Under the pieces are notes generated by a model, which was not told the origin of the DNA, ran no database searches, and was given only the letters and a program-made list of their open reading frames with translations. Shown piece by piece: positions 37,180 through 48,663 of a stretch of DNA of 64,000 nt. Where the stretch lies: the NCBI RefSeq assembly GCF_006345805.1, contig NC_043023.1, positions 12,152,001 to 12,216,000 of the forward strand, read 5' to 3'. The first letter of the stretch is position 1. Every line of letters begins with the position of its first letter. The position numbers and the translations under genes are program-made. Origin of the DNA: Octopus sinensis (Eukaryota).

Positions 37180-38616
37180 ACGTATCACAATGATAATGAT
37201 TTTTTCATTTCTATGAATGTATTTGTGTTCAGTTGTGTCAGTATTTTCAGAGAATAATTTAACACTGTGTTTCTTTCATCTGTGTTCCTGCTTAACATCT
37301 AAAACGGCAGATTTAAACAGTTAAAACTTTTGTAAATTTATCCAAGCTTAATTAACCAAGCAATCACCTTCTCTACATTCCAAACAGCGAAGAAAAGTGA
37401 ATGTTGCTATCAATTCCATCATAGAAGAAATATTTTCATATCATTTGTCATTGATGCATTGATGAATGTGCCTTATGAATATATGGTCTTCCTTTAATTG
37501 ATGAAAGTCAATAGAAATATCAGAGGCACATCTGAATGGAGAGATTTCTTTAACGTCAACATGATGTGATATTCTGAAATAGAAAAAGAAGCAGTGAGAT
37601 AAAGAGAATCGTTAAACGACATGGTAATTCAACGTTGCAAATCTTACATCAACACTGTCATCCATTTAATGTCAATGTCTGCAGGGGTCGGGGTTCATTG
37701 AGGCATTGAAAGTTTAAAAATATATGAAAATGGTTGGAGGGTGAAATTTCCGTAGGTTCCACCCACCCCATGCCCCGTTTTTTCTCGACACCCCCAAAAG
37801 TGTTTCGTGGCACATAAGGTGGTCACCATAAATCATTAAACGAGAATAAAAATAATTCCAACGATACCGGGATAGGGGTTTCTCACCCCCTTTTCCTAAT
37901 AAAAAGAAGGGGTTCGCGGTACATTACGAAGTCAGGGTACTTGGGACTACATTGATCTTTTCATGTTGTGGTTTAGACACTATCTTCTCTTTTTCTTTGT
38001 TTTTGTGCCCGGGTCAGACGCTTTCGGAAACTCACGATGTGAATTTTCCGAGGCCTTTCCCCCCCGAGTCCCATTTCGCGCATTTTTCTGTCATATTCGT
38101 TTAAGGCAAGTTGTTTTACACCTATTTTCTTTTTGGTTTTTATAATCGGGTCAAACGCTTTATTTTGACCCGATTATTTTTTTACGTTAAAGAAGATCGT
38201 TCAGGTGAAAGTATCAAAGCTTACCCGAAATTCTACGATATCCCACAGTCCCCGAAAAAGATTTTGGTAACAAAAAAAGTATGTAATCATCATTTCAGTT
38301 TGGAAGTTATTAATTAAGACGAGTAAATATATTTTCTTAATTGTTGTCAGGTTCCCGCTTCGAAAAATAATTACTGTAACATCGGGAAGTTCACAGAATT
38401 CTATTATTCACATCATTATTATTATTATTATTAGTAGTAGTAGTAGTAGTATCACCTTTACAGCCTTAAAGGAAATCTTTATCAACTTACCGTATTCACA
38501 AATAAGCAACGAGTCAGTGAATCACTAATTAAGGACCTTAATTAAGAATTTAAAAGACGCAAGGTTGAGGTGTTGTGTTGTTATTTCCCTTTACACGATT
38601 GTATTTCTGCTATGCT

Positions 38617-38635
38617 CCAATAGATGGCTCTACTG
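38617..38635. promoter_or_regulatory. CTCF-like element near ZF6 first exon
   Basis: CCAATAGATGGCTCTACTG, 126 bp from donor 38491. Confidence 0.55.
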
Positions 38636-38704
38636 GAGAATTTAAATACAATCATATAAAAAGGAATTAAAATGTTTAGATTCAAATAATTGGGAGGAAA
38701 TTTG

Positions 38705-38903
38705 GGATCTTTTCGGTTTGAACGGCAGTTTTTTTTAATAATTTCTACGTAACTAAACACTTTTAAACTTCGTATACTGGTAGAATGTGTTTATAAAACA
38801 TCTTTTTCTCTTGGCTTTATTGAGAAAATTCTATGGTTTCTAAGATATTTGCTGTTTTTTTCTTCAATTTCAACCAATCAATGACGTCTATTGAGGTGAA
38901 AAT
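38705..38903 (+). mobile_element. Half GGATC MITE at the ZF6/ZF7 symmetry axis
   Basis: Left TIR and first about 200 bp only. Confidence 0.8.
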
Positions 38904-38952
38904 TTGAAAAATGTTGAAGGGAGGTTCCTGACAGAAAGGGACAAAGAAAAAT

Positions 38953-38971
38953 CAGTGGAGCCATCTATTGG
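38953..38971. promoter_or_regulatory. CTCF-like element near ZF7 first exon
   Basis: CAGTGGAGCCATCTATTGG (inverse orientation), 120 bp from donor 39091. Confidence 0.55.
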
Positions 38972-39499
38972 AAGAAAGAAAATCATGTAAAGGGAAATAA
39001 CCTCTACAACACTTCAATCTCGCTTCTTTTAAATTCTTAATTAAGGTGCTTAATTACTGCTTCACTGACTCGTTCCTTATTTGTGAATACGGTAAGTTGA
39101 TAAAGATTTCCTTGAAAGCTGTAAAGGTGATAATACTACTACTAATAATAATAATAATGTGAATAACAGAATTCTGTGAACCTCTCGATGTTACAGTAAT
39201 TATTTTTCGAAGCGGGAACCTGACAACAATTAAGAAAATATATTTACTCGTCTTAATTAATAACTTCCAAACTGAAATGTTGATCTGTTGTTTATGAAAA
39301 CCTATGAACCACCGTTACATGTGATATAAAGGAAATTAATTGGTAAAATGCAAATAAAATAGTGTAATTAATTAGTAAAATCAGGGAAAACCGATTGAAG
39401 AATACCATATTAATACTAATGATGATGTAGGTTTGAAATTTTGCCGAGGCTTGCAGTGTTTGAGGGGATAGCGAAGTCGAATATATGGAACCCAGTATT

Positions 39500-39815
39500 T
39501 CCCGAAAGGGATGAAAGGCAAAGTCGATCTCGGCCGTATTTGCAGTCAGGAGTTTCCTTCGTTTCGGGGTCGCTATAATAATATATTTCTTTACTACCCA
39601 CAAGGGGCTAAACACAGAGTGGACAAACAAGGACAGCCTGACGGATTAAGTCGATTACATCGACTCCAGTGCGTAACTGGTACTTAATTTATCGACCACG
39701 AAAGGATGAAAGGCAAAGTCGACCTCGGCGGAATTTGAACCCAGAACGTAACGGCAGACGAAATACGGCTACGCATTTCGCCCGGCGTGCTAATGTTTCT
39801 GCCAGTTCGCCGCCT
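39500..39815 (-). mobile_element. SINE-B
   Basis: Near-consensus head CGAACTGGCAGAAACATTAGC on minus strand. Confidence 0.8.
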
Positions 39816-40085
39816 TAGCCTATCATAATAATAATAATAATAGTGTTGATGACAATAATCTTTTGTACTTTAGACACAAGTTCAGAAAATTGGCGGGAGA
39901 AGCGGACGTCGCTTCCATGGAACAATGTGCCTAATGTTTCTTGTTTGTTTTTACCTCGAAAGGATGAAAGCCAAATTCTACCTGGATGGGATTTGAACTT
40001 TTAGAGTGTAGACGGACGAAATGCTGTTATGCATTTTGTTCGACATGTGAACGATTCTGCTAGTATAACGTATTATTGCATATGT

Positions 40086-40260
40086 ATTGGGTTGTCCGGA
40101 AAGTTCGTGCCGATTTTTGAAGGAAAGAAAAAGGTCAATAAATACTTGCCAATACATTTTTAATCGACCAAATATGAACCGTTTTGTTGCACACTGCGTC
40201 TCCATCTTTCCTTTAACTTGAAAATACCCTCTTCCCAGAATTGAGGTGGTTTCATGCCAA
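40086..40260 (-). mobile_element. mariner 3' end fragment
   Basis: Minus-strand FWEEGIFKLKERWRRSVQQNGSYLVD* (40240-40160) followed by TIR-like end. Confidence 0.75.
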
Positions 40261-40855
40261 AGAAAAAAGGTAATGGAGGAAAACAGGTTAGAATTTAGAG
40301 AAATGTAGAAACGCTTCATCTATGTACAGAATGTTGTAAAACTTTCAAAGCCTCAGTGAATTCTAACCCATGCAAACGTAGACATTAAATGGATGACAAT
40401 GTTGATGTAAGATTTGCAATGTTGAAATTACTATGTCGTTTAACGATTCTCTTTATCTCACTGCTTCTTTTTTTCTATTTCAGAATATCACATCATGTTG
40501 ACGTAAAAGAAATTTCTTCATTCAGATGTACCTTTGATATTTTGATTGACTTCCATCAATTAAAGGAAGACCATATATTCATAAGGCACATTCATCATCG
40601 CATCAATGACAAACGATAAGAAAATATTTCTTCTATGATGGAATTATGAGCAACATTTTTATTGTCTTCGCTGTTTGGAATGTAGAGAAGGTGATTGCTT
40701 GGATAAATTTACAAAAGTTTTAACTGTTTACATCTGCCATTTTAGATGTTAAACAAGAATACAGATGAAAGAAACACAGTGTTAAATTATTCTCTGAAAA
40801 TACTGAACATAAATACATTCATAGAAATAAAAAAATCATTATCGTTGGGATACGT

Positions 40856-41674
40856 ATGAGAAATTATTATCTTATAATGAATGATTTAAGAAAACCAAAC
40901 AAACCTGATTCAGGTGAGAGGCCATATCACTGTGATATCTGTGGTAAATTATTCACTGAAGAAACAGTCTTGACCAAACACAAATGCATTGATACAGGTG
41001 AGAAACCACATCACTGTGATGTCTGTGGTAAATCATTCTCTCAAAGTAGTTCTTTGACTAGGCACGTACGTACACATACGGGAGAAAAACCATATCATTG
41101 TGACATCTGTGGTGAATCATTTTCTGAAAGTGGCCACGTGACTATGCACAGGCGTACTCATACAGATGAGAAGCCATATCATTGCAATATCTGTAGTAAA
41201 TCATTCTCTCGAAGTAGTGACTTGTTTAGACACCAACGTACACATACGGGAGAAAAACCTTATCATTGTGATCTCTGTGGTGAATCATTTTCTCAAAATA
41301 ACTCTTTAACTTATCACATACGTGTTCATACAGGTGAGAAGCCATATCATTGTAACATCTGTGGGAAATCTTTCTTTCTAAATAGTAACTTAACAATACA
41401 CAGACGTATTCATACAGGAGAGAAGCCATATCATTGTGATATCTGTGATAAATCATTCTCTAGAAATAGTCATTTGACTCGTCACAAATATATTCATACT
41501 GGAGAAAAACCATATCATTGTGATATCTGTGATAAATCATTCTCTAGGAATAGTGACTTGACTAAACATAAACGTATTCATACTGGAGAAAAACCATATC
41601 ATTGTGACATCTGTGATAAATCATTCTCTAGGAATAGTGACTTGACTAAACATAAACGTATCCATACTGGATAA
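40856..41674 (+). CDS. ZF7: C2H2 zinc-finger protein, 8 intact fingers plus a degenerate first
   Basis: 272-aa ORF; inverted paralog of ZF6; stops at TG*KP linker. Intron 39092-40483. Confidence 0.9.
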   Translation: MRNYYLIMNDLRKPNKPDSGERPYHCDICGKLFTEETVLTKHKCIDTGEKPHHCDVCGKSFSQSSSLTRHVRTHTGEKPYHCDICGESFSESGHVTMHRRTHTDEKPYHCNICSKSFSRSSDLFRHQRTHTGEKPYHCDLCGESFSQNNSLTYHIRVHTGEKPYHCNICGKSFFLNSNLTIHRRIHTGEKPYHCDICDKSFSRNSHLTRHKYIHTGEKPYHCDICDKSFSRNSDLTKHKRIHTGEKPYHCDICDKSFSRNSDLTKHKRIHTG

Positions 41675-42417
41675 AAACCATATAATTGTGATATCTGTGA
41701 TAAATCATTCTCTACGAATAATCATTTGACTAATCACAAACATATTCATACTGGGTAAAAACCTTATCAGTGTGATATCTGTGATAAATCATTCTCTACG
41801 AATAATCATTTGACTAATCAGAAACATATTCATACTGGGTAAAAACCTACATTTTATCTAGTCACACACTTATTCATATAGGAGAAAATCCATATCATTG
41901 TGATGTCTGTGGTAAATCATTCTCAAAAAGGCTACTTAAGTACACATTGGAGTATTCATACACAAGTGTAACTGTATGAATATCAAAATTTATTAAAACA
42001 TGACAACAATTATGAGTACTTTGTCTGCTAAAAGACAGGGTTTATTCCTCTTCAAGCTTGACATTATCAACTTCAGTTTCTTGGATGTCAACATGAAATT
42101 CATGAATCACAACTTCAATATCATTTATATATCTAAATATATCAACACAGAGATGACTTTGATTTCTGAAGAGGATTGTGCTGGAATTTTGAGGAATTTG
42201 TTATGAGAGAATAAAGGAATGGGAATAAGGAATAAAAGTTTTAAGTGACATTGATTTTGTCTTTGTTGTGTTTTCATCATCATCCTCTAACATCCATTTT
42301 TAGCATCTGTCTTCTATGCAGGCTTGGATGGGAAAGTGTGACATGAGCTGGCAAGCCAGAGTGCTGCTCCATGTTCCTGTCAGATTGGGCTTGGTTTCTT
42401 TGGCTCTATGCCCTTAA

Positions 42418-43127
42418 CCCTTTCAATACCAACCCAGCTGAAACCTGCTCTGGCTCTGTTGTACAAATGTCTTGTTATCATAAATTTTGAATTAAAATCT
42501 TCCACCAAACCTTAGTCACAATTTATGTTCCTAACACTATCTTAACGATAATGAAGTTATTTTACTAAATTCTTTGTTATATTTAAAATTAATTGAAGGA
42601 AACACAGAGCATCTCAACAGAAGTATGCTAACAAAAGGGTTAAAATATATAATAGAAAAACAATTCTTAACCCTTTCAATACCACCTCTGGCTCTTTAAT
42701 ATAAATGTCTTGTTATAAATTTTGAATTAAAATCTTCCACGAAACCTTAGTCACAATTTATGTTCCTAACACTAGCTTAATGATAATGAAGTTATTTTAC
42801 TAAATTCTTTGTTATATTTAAAATTAATTGAAGGAAACACAGAGCATCTCAACAGAAGTATGCTAACAAAAGGGTTAAAATATATAATAGAGAAACAATT
42901 CTTAACCCTTTTGATACCAACCTACCTGAAACCACCTCTGGCTCTGTAGTGCAAATGTCTTGTTATCATAAGTTCTGAATTAAAATCTTCCACCAAACCT
43001 TACTCATAATTTATGTTCCTAACACTATCTTAATGATAATGAAGTTATTTTACTAAATTCTTTGTTATATTTAAAATTAATTGAAGGAAACACAGAGCAT
43101 CTCAACAGAAATATGGTAATGAAAGGG
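42418..43127. mobile_element. piggyBac-like MITE trimer
   Basis: Units 42418-42639, 42671-42874, 42906-43127, TTAA-flanked. Confidence 0.8.
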
Positions 43128-43834
43128 TTAAGATACATGGCGCATTTTATAAATATTCCTGTTCAAGAATCATAACAGTATCAAACAAGTAGTAGCGCTT
43201 TCAGTTGTGTATTTAATTTGATATATGTATTTGTGTGAACATGATATCAGTCTGACAACTAAAATAATAGAAATCTTGTATTTTGAGTATTTTTTTCATA
43301 TGAGGCAGAAGCATGGACTCCCTTCTACGAAGAAATAGAAAAGCTGAAATTTTTTCGCATGTGGTGTTTGGAGCACAACATATGCAGCAAAATGGCAAGA
43401 TAAGACATTAAATGTAAAAATTTTTGTAAAATGTGATATGTCCAGTATCCAAGGCATACGGATGAGAATTCAGTGCAGATGGGTAGGAGATGTTTTCCAA
43501 AGACGAAATGATCACATTCCAAAAATTCTTCTGTAAGGCCAACAAGTGGCAGAGGAAGACATTTCCTTACATATACGGATAAGTTTAAGCAATAAATAAA
43601 ATCTCTACAGCTTGATGTGATATCCTGGGAAAGCCATTGCCTAGATCCATCTGTATGGTGTAAAATGTGTTGATGAAAAAGAAGAATAGCAGACCTATAT
43701 CCTGTAAGCAACAGACACATTCGCTCAATCCTTTGCACAATCAAAGTCATCAATGTCCCCATTTTGACTTCATAGCAAAATCCATTTCTGGACTCAAATT
43801 ACATTCACGCATTCATTGCAAATAGATGCAGCGG

Positions 43835-44092
43835 TCTCATCGTTGCGGGTTCGAATCTCAGACTGGGCGATGTGTGTGTTTATGAGTCAAACACCTAAGC
43901 TCCATGCGGCCCCGGCAGAAGGTAATGGCAAACTTCTGCTGACTCTTTCACCACAACTTTCTCTCACTCTTTCCTCCTGCATCTTGCAGCTCACCTGCGA
44001 CGGACCGGCGTCCCGTCCAGGTGGGGAACCTATATGCCAAGGAAACCGGGAAACTGGCCCTTATGAGCCAGGCATGGCTCGAGAAGGAACAT
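43835..44092 (+). mobile_element. SINE with V-domain-like segment
   Basis: GGTTCGAATC B-box and CCTGCGACGGACCGGCGTCCCGTCCAGG. Confidence 0.65.
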
Positions 44093-44271
44093 ACATACAG
44101 CTCTTCTAAGTGTTTTGTCTTTTTCTTTCTATTACTCTCCTAAGTCTTCTCCTTCAAATATAAACATTGAAACCATCTTGAGTGACTGCCATACACACAC
44201 ACATATTTATAATGATGACACAGATGGGCTGAGGTCCATTATTGTTGCTTCAGATATGTGTGGGACATTGC

Positions 44272-44346
44272 CACATATGTACACATACAGGAGAGAAGCC
44301 ATATCATTGCAATATCTGTTGTAAATCATTCTCTCGAAGTGGTGAC
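44272..44346 (+). pseudogene. Isolated single zinc-finger fragment
   Basis: Translates [25 protein letters not shown]; flanks are non-finger DNA. Confidence 0.8.
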
Positions 44347-44483
44347 AGACGACTTATAGACAGGAATTTCACTGAGCAAAGAAGGGAATTCCGATTAGTC
44401 ACAAGGGAGGGCTGAGAATTCAGATGGCCATTTGTGTTCACCCCAAACGTGTGTAGTTGATGAGAGCGGAATAAACAACAGAC

Positions 44484-44640
44484 ACAGGAGTGGCTGTGTG
44501 GTAAGTAGCTTGTTTACCAAACACATGATTCCGGGTTCAGTCCCACTGCATGGCACCTTGGCCAAGTGTCTTCTACTATAGCCTTGGGCCAACCAAAACC
44601 TTGTCAGTGGATTTGGTAGACGGAAACTGAAAGAAGCCCG

Positions 44641-44675
<35 letters not shown>

Positions 44676-44888
44676 CGTATTTGTGTGTATGTGTTTGGCC
44701 CCCTAGCATTGCTTGACAACCGATGCTGGTGTGTTTATGTCCCCCGTTACCTAGCGGTTCGGCAAAAAGAGACTGATAGAATAAGTACTGGGCTTACAAA
44801 AGAATAAGTCCTGGGGTCGAGTTGCTCGATGAAAGGTGGTGCTCCAGCATGGCCGCAGTCAAATGACTGAAACAAGTAAAAGAGAGTA
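44484..44888 (+). mobile_element. SINE-A
   Basis: Full copy. Confidence 0.85.
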
Positions 44889-45333
44889 AAATGAGAGGAA
44901 ACCAATTAGAGAATACCACACTAATTAGTGTTGTCTTGTTTGTTAATGAGGCACTAAATAATTGGTAAGTTGATAAAGACTTACTTGAAGGTTATATTAA
45001 TAATAGTAATGATGATGATGATGGTTTTCAATTTTGGCCCAGGACCAGCAATGTTTGAGGCGAGCAGAAAGTCGATTACATGTACCCCATATACCTTTAA
45101 CGGGGTACTATTTAAGATGAGTGTTCCCGCTGCGCACATCCGGGATGGTTAGTCGATCCTATAGCGAGTACCTAGCGTGAGTACCTATGCAAATTAATAG
45201 ATGGTTTTTTTTTTAAACAAAATAAATAATTTTTTTTACACCCGTAGTGTGTTATTTTTATTTAATTTGTTTAGAAAAAAATTATTTACTTTGTGTAAAA
45301 ATTATTTATTTTGTTTAAAAAAAACCCATCTAT

Positions 45334-45731
45334 GATCTTTTCGGTTTGAACGGCAGTTTTTTAAAATAATTTCCACGTAACTAAACACTTTTAAACTTCG
45401 TGTACTGGTAGAATGTGTTTATAAAACATCTTTTTCTCTTGGCTTTATTGAGAAAATTCTATAGTTTGTAAGATATTTGTTGTTTTTTTTCTTCAATTTC
45501 TGCAATTTCAACCAATTAATGACGTCTTTTGAGGTAAAAAACATTCTGTGCTGTATGAATATGTCCCTCATTTAAGAAACAGATTGGGTTTATCTACATG
45601 TGTGAATAAAAAAAGATACCCTAACCCTAAAATAGATTGAAATGCAATAGATCGATACTAGGGTCATAATTATGGGTGACAATTTCATATGACACCGCTA
45701 GAAAAAACTGCCGTTCAAACCGAAAAGATCC
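45334..45731 (+). mobile_element. GGATC MITE nested in a GGTAC-family element (about 45104-45934)
   Basis: 8-bp TSD CCATCTAT at 45326-45333 and 45732-45739. Confidence 0.85.
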
Positions 45732-46152
45732 CCATCTATTATTTACTTTGGGTAAAAAAAGTTATTTTGTGTAAAAATTATTTCTTTTGTTTAAAAAAAC
45801 CCTATTTGTTTAAAAAAAAAAACATCTATTAATTTGCACATGCGCACTCGCACAAGGTGTTCGTGGTAGGGTCGACTAGTGATGACTAGCTAGCGCGGGT
45901 GTATGCACGTGGATGACTCTTCTTAAATAATACTAGATCTGTTATTTTAAAAAACAGCCCTGGTTCGAGTGTTACATGTGGTATGAATTAAATCGTTGGA
46001 AGATTTTGTGGCTTAACGGTAATTCAAAATTTTTTATTATTACATTTCTGATGATGTAGATTACGATGATAATACTTTTCAGATTGTGTAGATTACGATT
46101 ATACACGAATTATTTGTGTAAAACTCGGAATTTGTTGGAATAAACTTTTCTA

Positions 46153-46737
46153 GGCGTAGGAGTGGCTGTGTGGTAAGTAGCTTGCTTACGAACCACATGG
46201 TTCCAGGTTCACTCCTACTGCGTGGCACCTTGGGTAAGTGTCTTCTGCTATAGCCTGAAAGAAGCCCGTCGTATATATATACGTGTATGTGTGTTTGTCC
46301 CCCCCCCCAACATCGCTTGACAACCGATGCTGGTGTGTTTACGTCAGCAGAAGAGACCGATAGAATAAGTACTAGGCTTACAAAGAATAAGTCCTGGGGT
46401 CTGTTTGCTCGACTAAATGCGGTGCTCCAGCATGGCCCGAGTCAAATGACTGAAACGAGTAAAAGAGTATGTTTACAGCTATTCCATGACATCAGGACAG
46501 TATTCAAGAGTAACAGAACACTTCGCAAATATCTCCTTCAAGTAAAACTACCAATAAGAAGAAGATATGGCCAAAAACTGCATGTATTCCATCCCATGCA
46601 GCTGTGGTAGGGTATACAAAAGCCAAACATGCCACCCCCTCAAAATAAGGGTAGAGGAACATCGCAAAGCTGTGACACAGGGAGATATTGATAAATCAGG
46701 TATGACTGATTATGTATGGAAAAATGGCGACCACCTT
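46153..46737 (+). mobile_element. SINE-A fused to Penelope GIY-YIG fragment
   Basis: SINE ends 46467; then same sequence as 33155 onward. Confidence 0.75.
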
Positions 46738-46739
46738 TA

Positions 46740-47030
46740 GTCAATAAAAGTTGATAAAAATATCAGAGGCACATCTGAATGAAGAAATTTCTTTGACGTC
46801 AACATGATGTGATATTCTGAAATAGAAAAAGAAGCAGTGAGATAAAGAGAATCATTAGTAATTCAACATTGCAAATCTTACAACATCAACACTGTCATCC
46901 ATTTAATGTCGATGTTTGCAGGGGTCAGAATCCATTGAGACATTGAAACTTTTACAACATTCCGTATATAGATGAATCGCTTCAACATTTCTCTAATTAT
47001 TTATGTTTTCCTCTCATTTCACCTGTAAAG
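46740..47030 (-). pseudogene. Truncated ZNF gene relic (intron end, acceptor, start of leader)
   Basis: Acceptor CAG at 46817-46819 and about 75 nt of family leader; no fingers. Confidence 0.7.
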
Positions 47031-47460
47031 TGGCATGGCTTAGTGGTTAGGGTATATGCCTCCAATTCTAAGGCTGTGAGTTCAATTCCCAGTCACACAT
47101 TGTGTCCCCAAACCAATTTATTTCACTTCACATCAGTCCACTGTGGTGGTAAAAATGAGTTTCACCTGTAATTCAAAGGGCCTTCTCACCATCCGTGTCA
47201 TGCTGTGCCTCACTGAAGACTATATCAAGGGCCCCCATGTCTGTGGAATACTCAGCCATTTGCATGTTAATTCCATGAGCAGGCTTTTCAGTTGATCGGA
47301 TAAATTAAAACACAGAATGCCAGTTATTGTTTCAGCCAGGGACTGTGGCCATGCTGGAACACTTCAAAGAAGCGCTACTAGAAGTGGCCCTTCTTTAAAG
47401 GGCTACTTCTAGTCTCATGCACTTACAATCGTTGAACAGGCATATTTATAAAATACAGTT

Positions 47461-48345
47461 GTGATACCTGTGCCGGTGGCACATAAAAAGCACCATCTAA
47501 ATGTGGCTGATGCCAACACCGCCCTAACTGGCTTCCATGCCGGTGGCACGTTAAAAGCACCAACCGATTGTGACCGCTGCCAGACTCCTCTGGCACCTGT
47601 GCCAGTGGCACGTAAAAAGCACCCACTACACTCACGGAGTGGTTGGCATTAGGAAGGGCATCCAGCTGTAGAAACACTGCCGGATCAGACTGGAGCCTGG
47701 TGCAGCCTCCTGGCTTCCCAGACCCCGGTTGAACCATCCAACCCATGCTAGCACGGAAAATGAACGTTAAACGATGATGATGATGATGTATCTTAAGGGC
47801 ATACAGCCAAAGAAACCAAACCAAATCTGAGTGGAACACGGAGCAGAACTCTGGCTTGGAAGCTCAAGTCACACTTTCCCACTCATGCCTGCAAAGAAAA
47901 AGGACATGAAAGCATAGTGATGGTCTTATAGAGGCAGAGTTGATATTTGTTTTATTAAGCAGGTGATGCCTTACAATTGTACAATTGTCTAAATATATTC
48001 CTGTGTTTCGCTGTGTGTGTGTATATATATATATAGATCTATATATATATCAAGACTGGAGCCTGGTGCAGCCATCTGGTTCGCCAGCCCTCAGTCAAAA
48101 TCGTCCAACCCATGCTAGCATGGAAAGCGGACGTTAAACAAAGATGATGATGATGATATATAATGTAAAAAGCACCCACTACATTCTCGGAGTGGTTGGC
48201 GTTAGGAAGGGCATCCAGCTGTAGAAACTCTGCCAAATCAAGATTGGAGCCTGGTGCAGCTATCTGGTTCACCAGCCCTCAGTCAAAATCGTCCAACTCA
48301 TGCTAGCATGGAAGAAAGCAGACGTTAAACGATGATGATGACGAC
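47461..48345 (+). mobile_element. SINE-C copies (47461-47790; 48052-48345)
   Basis: Core and (TGA)n tails. Confidence 0.75.
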
Positions 48346-48663
48346 GAAAAGAGAACAAAGCCAAAATGAATGACACTTAAAACTATTATTATTCATTATT
48401 CACATTCCTTTATTCCCTCAAAATAAATTCTTGAAAAATCCAGCACAATCATCTCCAGGAATCAATGGCATGGCTGTGTTCATATATTTCCATATACACA
48501 TGATAACAAGGTCCATATTCACGAATTTCATATTGACATTAATGGAACTGAAGTTGATAACATCAAGCTTGAAGATAAATAAACCTTGTCTTTAAACACA
48601 AAATATTCATAATCATTTTCCTGCTGTAATAAATATTGATATTGTTACACTTCTGTATGAATA

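Noticed and set aside
40484-40619. Open frame ISHHVDVKEISSFRC... at the start of the last exon in ZF1, ZF6, ZF7, ZF9 as a conserved uORF
   Set aside because: After splicing an in-frame TGA lies just upstream in exon 1 (TGA ATA CG|A), so no start is available; the frame is broken in ZF2, ZF3 and ZF8.
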